Below are positions 55,196-64,000 of a stretch of DNA of 64,000 nt, piece after piece. Numbering within the stretch: position 1 is the stretch's first letter; each line of letters opens with the position of its first letter. Made by a program: the position numbers and the translations under genes. This DNA comes from Eledone cirrhosa (lineage: Eukaryota). The notes under the pieces were generated by a model, which was not told where the DNA came from, ran no database searches, and was given only the letters and a program-made list of their open reading frames with translations. The DNA lies in assembly GCA_964016885.1 (NCBI GenBank), contig OZ024747.1, positions 18,228,001 to 18,292,000 of the forward strand, written 5' to 3'.

Positions 55196-56509
55196 ACACA
55201 CACACACACACACATATATATTTATATATATATATATTTCCCTGTAAATTAATGTAAATATACCAAGAAACAGACACCTTTTGTTGGTAAATTTTTCTGT
55301 GTATTTATGAGTGCATATGTAGTTATATGCATGAGTGGTTGTGTGTATGTAGTTATAAATGTGTGTGTATGTGGTTATAAATGTGTGTGTATGTGGTTAT
55401 AAATGTGCGTGTATTTAGTTATGAATGTGTGTATGTAGCTATGAATGTGTGTATGTAGTTATAAATGTGTGTGTATTTAGTTATGAATGTGTGTGTATGT
55501 AGCTATGAATGTGTGTATGTAGTTATAAATGTGTGTGTATGTAGTTATAATTGTTTGTGAATATAGTTATGAATGTGTATATGTGTATGTACATACATAT
55601 ACAAAGAAAATGTATATGTATATAAGAATTTTAAATTCTCTAAGCAAGGAATTTCTTGTTAATAGCATTTGCTTTTCTTTGAAATGATTTCTATTTTCTC
55701 CTAACCCATTATCACACCTACATATCAGTTCAATCCTTACTCTTTCCTCCTCAGCCTTAAATATACCTTATTTTTCAACAGACACCGAATACTTAACTAA
55801 TTAATGACAAAACAGAAAGGATTGTTGCGGGATCTCTTCCGATGATCATTGCCTGATTACTAACTATAACCATTCAGCTCACTTACATTTAAACACACCT
55901 CAGATATACACACCCTGAATGTAATCTGTTATGTTGTTTAGATATTATAAAGACTTATGACGAAACAGGAGGTAAAAAATAGTGGGTGCAGCTTGATTTG
56001 TATTGTGTAACTTCTACAGTGTTTGTTTATATAAATATTTAGCTAGTGATGATGATGATGATGATGATGTTGAATTAATGTTTAAGCCTTTACCATTTAC
56101 ATTATTCTATATATACTATTGTATTTTCATGGTAAAGTCTTTACCTCACATAGAATCTCACATGATATCGAATCTATGAGATTTTGATATTATTTATTTT
56201 GAGAACAATACCTTAACATCAGTATGAGTGGCCAGTTATGGCCAGTTTGAACAGAAAGAGGTGAGAGAAATCTGGCTGGATATGACCGGTTTAAATGCTA
56301 AAGGGTTAACAAGTGAAACTGTATATGTGAGGGAGTTTGTTTTTTTCCATCTTCCTTGCTCAGACGAATCAAAGAAAGGAAAAAAAGAAAAACAGACCCT
56401 AAAATATATTTTCCGTGCTATTTCCAACTTCACCTTTACTCTATATCCACTGTTTTGTATAGAACCTTACTTCCTTTTCCTAATGTATATATATATATCA
56501 TTCTTTCTT

Positions 56510-56537
56510 CTGATGAAGGACTAGCGTCTGAAATGTT
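56510..56537 (+). ncRNA. Minimal hammerhead core (CpG-decayed)
   Basis: CTGATGA-A-GGAC-TAGC-GTCT-GAAATGTT, consistent with an ancestral GTCC-GAAACGTT. Confidence 0.6.
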
Positions 56538-56904
56538 AAGACCCTCTTCCTGCTATTTCAAGCGTTAACCTAATATATTCCTGCCATATACTGTACCGAT
56601 TGTGTTGTTATTTCTGTTTACCTTTTACACACACACACACATACACACACACACACACATACACACACAGCAGGTGTGTTGTTCGAATTCAGCAGAGGGG
56701 TACCATCACAATCTTTCTTATATTTAGCTCATATATAAATATATCATTTTAGGGCATCCGGCCATAGAATCCACATGAAATATAGACCATATGAACAAGA
56801 TGAGGACACGCTGACCTATCTGGTCTCAGACCATGGTAACCTATCCAACCCATACCAGCATGGAAAGTGGACATAAAATGATGTTAAAATCTTAATCATA
56901 TATT

Positions 56905-56944
<40 letters not shown>

Positions 56945-56979
56945 AGTGTGTGTGTATTATGTATATATATATTCATATA

Positions 56980-57052
<73 letters not shown>

Positions 57053-57390
57053 TATTCTATTATCTATTCTATTCTATTCTATTATCTATTCTATTCTATT
57101 CTATTATATTCTATTATATATATATATATACAAAATAAATGAGGTCGTGTAGGTGTCACGACAAAAAAACACAGTCCACGCTGTAATGTGGCTGTGTAGG
57201 TAATACGGTAAAAACCACCCAATCCACACTGTAAATGTGGTTGGTGTTAGGAAGGGCATCCAGCCGTAGAAAACCTTCCAGACAGTCCTATACGAGCGAG
57301 AGAGTCACCCGACCAATCTTGCCTCAAGTGGGACAATTCCCGTCTAAACCTATGCTAGCATGGAAGATAGACGTTAATAAATAAATATAT

Positions 57391-57582
57391 ATATGAAAAG
57401 ATTCAGCACCCCAACGGCTGAGCTCCGGCTGTTCGACAGCTAGTTCGGATCTAGCTGTCGAAACGGACGGAGCTCAGCCGTCGGGGTCCTGAATCTTTTC
57501 ATATTACCCACTCTATTACCGCAAGTATCAAATACTCTTGTGCATTATGGTCCACCTGGTACCTTACCACGCTCTCTTTGTT
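57391..57582 (+). mobile_element. Fold-back element family A, copy 5 (diverged)
   Basis: Hairpin 57391-57504 with inner gacagctag-ttcggat-ctagctgtc-GAAAC. Family A tail. TA flanks. Confidence 0.85.
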
Positions 57583-58128
57583 ATATATATATATATTCAT
57601 TGTTTTGAGACAATTTTTTTTTCATGCTGGCATGGCTTGGATAGGACATTTTAAGGCAATGTTCTACAATTGGATACCTATATTAGAACGGATACACATT
57701 GTTATAGGAAATGTATGTAGGTATGTTTGTATGGTGGTGGCAGTAGAAGTAGGTAGGTATATAAATGGGTGATACTTATGTGTAGATATGTTTGAGCGCC
57801 TGTTTATATGTTGGAGTATATGTATATATATATGTGATTGTGTGTATATAATAGTGTAAGAATGTTTGCATGTAGGTGTTTGAGATTGTATGTAGGAGTG
57901 TATGTATGTGATTGTATGTAGGAGTGTATGTATGTGATTGTGTGTAGGAGTGTATGCCTTTCTGTATATGATTCAATGTAGGAGTGGATGTATGTATGAG
58001 GGTAAATTTTTATTTATATGACTTCATGAAAATCATAGTTATCATTGCAGCTATTATTGATATTAGGATGAATTTTACAAAATTGCTCCCAACATTCTAA
58101 AATGATTAATTCTACTATAAAGAATGCT

Positions 58129-58161
<33 letters not shown>

Positions 58162-61100
58162 TCCCTCACTACCGCCATTATCAAACACAGAGGACAAACA
58201 CAAGCTTTTAGTGACACAGTTTTAATTCCTAGTTGAAGCTATTTCATTTCATATACACTGGTATATGTTTGCAGCAGAAGTATGTAAGCCACACCTTGTG
58301 CATTCCCCTCTCTTATTGAGAACTCACTATTCTAATAATAAAGAAGATATCTCCGGAAATTATTTAAACTCCTGTGTCATATCTAGCTGTGTAGATATGA
58401 TCATTGTTTTATATATTTAGCCATTATATTTATATCACACTGGCCAAATTCCAGAGACCAGCTGCCTGCCACTCGCCTCCGCCTATGTTTGACTCAGGAT
58501 TGCAGTTTGGTCAAATGGATAGCCACACTCACTGTCAGGAGATTTCTATAGATGCTACAATACAAACTAATTATAATAATCTCTTATATAGGTACAAGAT
58601 CTGACATTTTCTATGGAATGGCTAGTCTGTCAACTCTTTTGATACCAAGGGAGATTTACATTCATGAATGACTGCCAGTCTTCTACTAAAAAAAAAAAAA
58701 ACCCTTGCCCAAGCCTGCACCTTGGAGAGCAACATTCCCGATACAAATCTATGGCTTCATGAGACATGCAGAGGCCCCCTGTGTTTATATTTAGCTAAAA
58801 ATCCCCATGATAAGTATAAAGCCTGCCATGGAGCCAACAAGGTTAACCCCTGCTTTAACAGGGGAAATATCATCCAATGTGTTCTTCCCTTTTTTTGAGA
58901 TTTTATTTTGAGACTGTGAAGGTTAGACTAGCAGAAGGTTAGTTAGCCTTCAAGAGAGCATCAATGGGGTCATTTGACCTGTTAGAAATAACAGCAAAAT
59001 CTTCTTAAATAAGGAAAGGATATATCGGATAATGGCATAATAATGTAATCGTAGATATAGTGTCTCTGAAAAGAAGAGGAAAAGATTGAATTATGATGGG
59101 TGGTTGAATGTCTTTGATTATCTATCTGTTCAATCAGTGCAGACATTCGTCAAAACAACACAACAACATCAAAAACAACAATGGCAATGAAATAATATAT
59201 AGATCGAGCAAAGAAATTCAGTCATGCAAACATATATCTCTTTTATTCTGTTTTCTAATATCAACGTTTTTGAAAGGTTTTATATTGTATAACATTTCAT
59301 TTATATCTATTTTGGCTCTGTTTCTACCTGTTGCAGTAATAACAAAAGGTATTTATTTTCACTAGGCATAATGCCAAATTTGGAAGAGATGAAGGATATA
59401 GCTGAATGAATTGACTGCAATAATAATAATATCATCATCACCATCATCATCAACGTTTAACGTCCGTGTTCCATGCTTGCATGGGTTTGGACGGGGGTAG
59501 TCCCACTTGAGGCAAGAGTGATTTTCTTGCTCGCATAGGACTGTCTGGCAGGTTTTCTACAGTTGGATGCCCTTCCTAACACCAACCACATTTACAGTGT
59601 GGGTCTGGGAGGTTTTTACCGTGTTGCCTACACGGCCACATTACAGCGTGGACTGTGTGTTTTTTTGTCGTGACACCTACACGATCTCATTTGTTTCGGC
59701 CTGGATGGCGCGGCACCAACATAACTTTACATAGAACGGGGTGGTGTGGATGGGGTGGGGGTGGTGGTGGTGTATATCTAATGTAATGTAATATAATATA
59801 TGCATAAATAGAGGAAGAGTAGCTGGATGTGAGGGAAATGTCTGACTGCCATCATATATACACACACAGAATAGTGTCCCTAGTCCCTTTCAGGGCCTCC
59901 AACACTGGTAGAATAGAAGAATGCATTCTGTTAAAGGTACCCAAAGGGCCAGATAGTGATATTAGACTGAGCAGCAGATTAAGTCTTTAACATTTACGTT
60001 ATATATTTACTATTATATTTACACAGTAAAGGCTTTACCTCCACATATTTATCTCACATTATATAGAATCTATGAGATTTTGATATTATTTATTTTGGGA
60101 ACAATACCTTAACATCAGTATGAGCAACCAGCTATTGCTGGTTTGAACAGAAAGAGGTGGGAGAATTCTGGCCGGTTATGCCCAGTTTAAATGCTAATGG
60201 GTTAAGCCTCATGATTGTGAAGCAAACTTCGTAACCATTTGGCCATGCTGTTTCTAAGAAAGCTAAAATGCCACATATTCTCATTTCTTCTCACGAATCA
60301 TTAACCTTGTTTCTTGATAAGAACCCATTTCTTTTTTTATTTATTTATTTATAAGTAGTAAGTTTTAAGAACTTTGGTTTTAATTTTCACTTGGAACCAC
60401 TTCAGTATTGTTGCACTTTAACACTTTCATTGCCATATTATATTTCTATTGAAAAGACAACTGCTTATATTTTTCAAATCATTTGGAAAGTAATCAAGAA
60501 TTTGGTGGGATTTAGTAATGTAACTAACTTTCCCATTATTAAGTTAGTGTTTGGAACATAACAAAAGCTCTTATATAAAATTATGATAGAAGGGTTTTAT
60601 ATAGATATAAACATTTTGAAATAACCAATTTAGCATCATAAAACCAGTGGGGGTTTCAGTTAGGCATCAAAATGGATGACTTCCCTACCTCCTTGCTCCA
60701 AACAGTCTCAGGCAATATTTCTTAGTGCTTTCCTTCTATAATTAAGTGGAGGGGGTTATGATTGTGTGTATAAGTGTGTAAGGTTAATATGAATTGCTTT
60801 TATCTAACACAGAACATATTGAGAGGAAGTGTGTGAGTGAGTAATATATATATATATATTCTCTTTAAAAAGTTAGATACTTAGCTAAGTGTTCTTAAAT
60901 GCAAGACTGAATATTGGAGATATATTTTTGGCCTTCAGCACTACATTCCATCCTTTCTAAAAGTTTAGCAATTATAGTAGAGTACAGACTCAGCTGGTAG
61001 GAGCATTCTGGATTTCCAACTGAGAAATCATTGCTTTCTGTCCTATTGTGGGAACTGAGTTAATTCAGTGAACAAAACATTTAGCACTCTTCAGCTGAAT

Positions 61101-62369
61101 TGACCTAGTTATAAGTAAGTTGAAGGGATTTTTGATTTTTACTATTTGGGAATGGCAGGGTCTATGATATTTTTCAGGTTTTCCGAGACTATTGAGAGGA
61201 AGGGAGAAAAGTATCCCTAAACAAGAGACCTGGCTCAAATGCTTACAACAGAATGGACTGTGAAAGTACCCAACAGCAGGTGATCCCAGCAACAGTTTAA
61301 GTTAACTATCAAAGGATGAAATATTGATAAAAGTACTCAAGCAATATTATTCATTATTTGTATGTCTCACGTTTTTTTCCAAAGACATGAACGTCACAAC
61401 TTCAAGCCACTCTTCCATGAAAAGATTTATATATTTATTTATCTATTCATTTATCCCAGGTTTTAGAATCAGTGCACTGATGTTGTAAAAGTTGAGTAAA
61501 AGGGTTAGCATCATGTAGGACATCCAGCTATAAAAAAAGCTGCCTCAAAAAGTCCCCTCCAACCCATGGAAAAGTGGATGTAAGAACAGTGATGGTAATA
61601 GTGATCTGAAAAGAATTGTTGCTGACTCACAGCATTATCAGTTTCCTCAGATTCTAAATTGAACCATTTGAAGGATGTATATACTTACACTGACTGGGAC
61701 GATAAGGTTTTGGTCTACTCATTGCTCTGGTATTGTCTCTGTGTTGTTGTTAACTTGGGTATCAAATCCCTTGGGGTCAATAAATAAAGTACCATTTTAG
61801 AGCAGTGGATTGGCAAAATTGTTAGACCATTGGATTAGATACTTTGCAGTATTTGTTCTGGCTCTTTGCATTCTGAGTTCAAATCCTGCATTCTATCCAA
61901 CCTACTAGCATGATCAGTTGGGTCTAAAAGCAGTATAGTTGGTGCAACTGTATAGGTCCAAGTATATCTAGGATCATATTATCCAATGTGTTCTATTTTT
62001 TTTAGAATGGTAGGATATTATTTCTAAGAGAAATGGGTATTATTACAGGCAGACAAACTGACAGACGGATAGTTACTCAAGAAGATAAAGTATCTTTTAG
62101 AAGTCATATTAAGAAGTGTGGAGTAAAAATGTTAAGTTCTTGACTAGCAAGTTCAGCGAGATTTTGGTTCCTATTTGTAGCCATTTCACTCAGCAAATAT
62201 CTTGTATATCACAGAGTATTTTTCGTTTTCATTACAAATCTGTGACAGTAAGATTGTCTGTGAAATTTTCTTTAAAGAACTGAGTTTCTCAGATGGAAAT
62301 GACTCTTGAAAGGGGAAATAGGTCAGTCTATACACATATAATCCATTTCCTGCAAAGTCGCATGTGTAT

Positions 62370-62424
<55 letters not shown>

Positions 62425-62744
62425 TATATGTAATGTATATAAACTGTATGTGTGTGTGTGTATGCATGTGTATGTGTCCCAACAAATCTTCTATGGTTCT
62501 ACTTTATCTCCAGTCATTAAATCTCTAAGTTGTTCAGAGGTTACACATTACATACAATTAGTTATGGGTGGGGCTGTGAATATTCAAACACATACACACT
62601 TCACATATTTAACCCTTTTGATACCTGCTTCTGTTTCTTTGATACAAAACCATTATTTTAGAATGTTTATATTCAAATTAAAAGGTGGCAAATTGGCAGA
62701 GTTGTTAAAATATCAGATAAAGTACTTTGTGGTATTTGGTCTAG

Positions 62745-62793
62745 CTCTCTGCTCTCTCAGTTCAAATTTCACTATTTTGATGTATATATATAT

Positions 62794-62831
<38 letters not shown>

Positions 62832-62883
62832 GATATATATATATACATCAAAATAGTGAAATTTGAACTGAGAGAGCAGAGAG
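62745..62883. repeat. Local inverted duplication around an (ATC)n spacer
   Basis: ctctctgctctctcagttcaaatttcactattttgatg(ta)n-tca is mirrored after (atc)n. Confidence 0.9.
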
Positions 62884-62955
62884 TATATATATATATATAA
62901 AGTTAAATAAAAGTCAAATGATTAAAATTTAGCTTCGTTTATTACTGCTATATAT

Positions 62956-62993
62956 ATTTCAGTGACAGCCATCTTTGGCTTTGACCTCTTCAG
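62956..62993 (-). ncRNA. Hammerhead core with extended stem II
   Basis: Minus strand CTGAAGA-GGTCAAAGCCA-AAGA-TGGCTGTCACT-GAAAT. Stem pairs with two mismatches. Confidence 0.6.
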
Positions 62994-63161
62994 GCAGTTT
63001 GAATTAGTATGGTATAGACAAGTACATATATTGTTTAGGTGTATGATATTATCAATACTCTGATATGCCCAGTTCCTTGTTGGGTTGTTAATTCACTGGG
63101 GAACTGGAGTGCTCCAGCCTGCATACTGAGGTGTTGGTATACAACCAACATAAACTCAAAA

Positions 63162-63195
<34 letters not shown>

Positions 63196-64000
63196 TAAAT
63201 GGGTAGAGAGGACTCTTCAGTTGTTTCAAGGGTATAGCAAACTCTCTAGTTTTGGTGACATGATAAATGCATCCAGTGCATTCTGTAAAATGGTTGATGA
63301 AAGGAAAGGCATCCAGTTATTGAAAACTTAAGGGTCAGGATAACACTAAAGTTGTATCAAAAATATTGACAACCTCCCAAGTGCTGGTGTCTCAATGGAG
63401 TGTACCCTGTTGCACTCTATAGAGTGTGGAAACATTTCTAAGCAAGATATCTCTAAACCTTATAGATTAGTAAACTCAGTTAAGTACTAATCCTACCTGT
63501 GATGACCAATCCAATCTTTACTAGCAGGGAGAACTCATTAAATGATGATAATTCGTGCACACATATATACACACATATACCTTTAATATTTGTGAATTAT
63601 GCTCATTCATTGTATATTATTTATCTTATTTTATTTTATAGTAGGCGAGAGAAATTGAATGGAGAAAGAAAACAGCTAAAACTTTCTTATTAGAAATAAT
63701 CTAGGCCTATGTCAATTTGTTTGAATCTGAAGAATGACTTTTCTTCTTTGTGACCCTCAAATGACGTCAATAGTTAAACAATGAATGTATTTACTACTTG
63801 AGTTCTTTCCTGAAAATATATGACTGACTTCCACATTGTATAGTAACAATTTGATTCATAGTATTGTGGATGTAGCTACCACAAGTGTTGTCCTAACAAC
63901 ATAAGGTCCACCCCACAAAACTAAAAAATTGATTGAAAAGAAGGGTGTATATGTTTGTGTGTGTGGGTGTGTGTTTCACTACTTTGTCAGTGCCCATTAC

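Noticed and set aside
58404-58604. 66-aa ORF in unique-looking sequence (also 61065-61292)
   Set aside because: No recognisable domain or convincing splice sites.

Overview
This is AT-rich, repeat-saturated eukaryotic DNA. The SINE and RTE-tail families, (ATC)n tails and very large (TA)n/(TATG)n arrays suggest a coleoid cephalopod, probably Octopus (inference). No host protein-coding gene could be supported, and the long 'YIYI' ORFs are microsatellite artefacts. Recognisable elements are: a CRE-type RLE retrotransposon with a PHD-like finger nested in an RTE fragment (3258-5949); a 5'-truncated Penelope-like element with RT, GIY-YIG and a hammerhead core (36445-39304, -); an RTE LINE interrupted by a hAT-Charlie transposon with an 8-bp TSD; a CR1 LINE; a non-autonomous Helitron; and piggyBac-like and Tc1-like MITEs and tRNA SINEs. 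The most interesting signal is a set of short non-coding elements from several unrelated sequence families, almost all inserted in (TA)n. Many carry hammerhead-ribozyme cores (CUGANGA...GAAA), often with long stem II. Several are fold-back palindromes centred on stem II, with the CUGANGA half replaced by a perfect inverted copy of the downstream ~50-60 nt. Several families also share a covarying bulged hairpin (RCUC-stem-loop-stem-2nt bulge-GAGY) downstream. Together these suggest a Penelope-driven, (TA)n-targeted, self-priming ribozyme retroelement system. All alignments and folds were done by eye and need computational confirmation.
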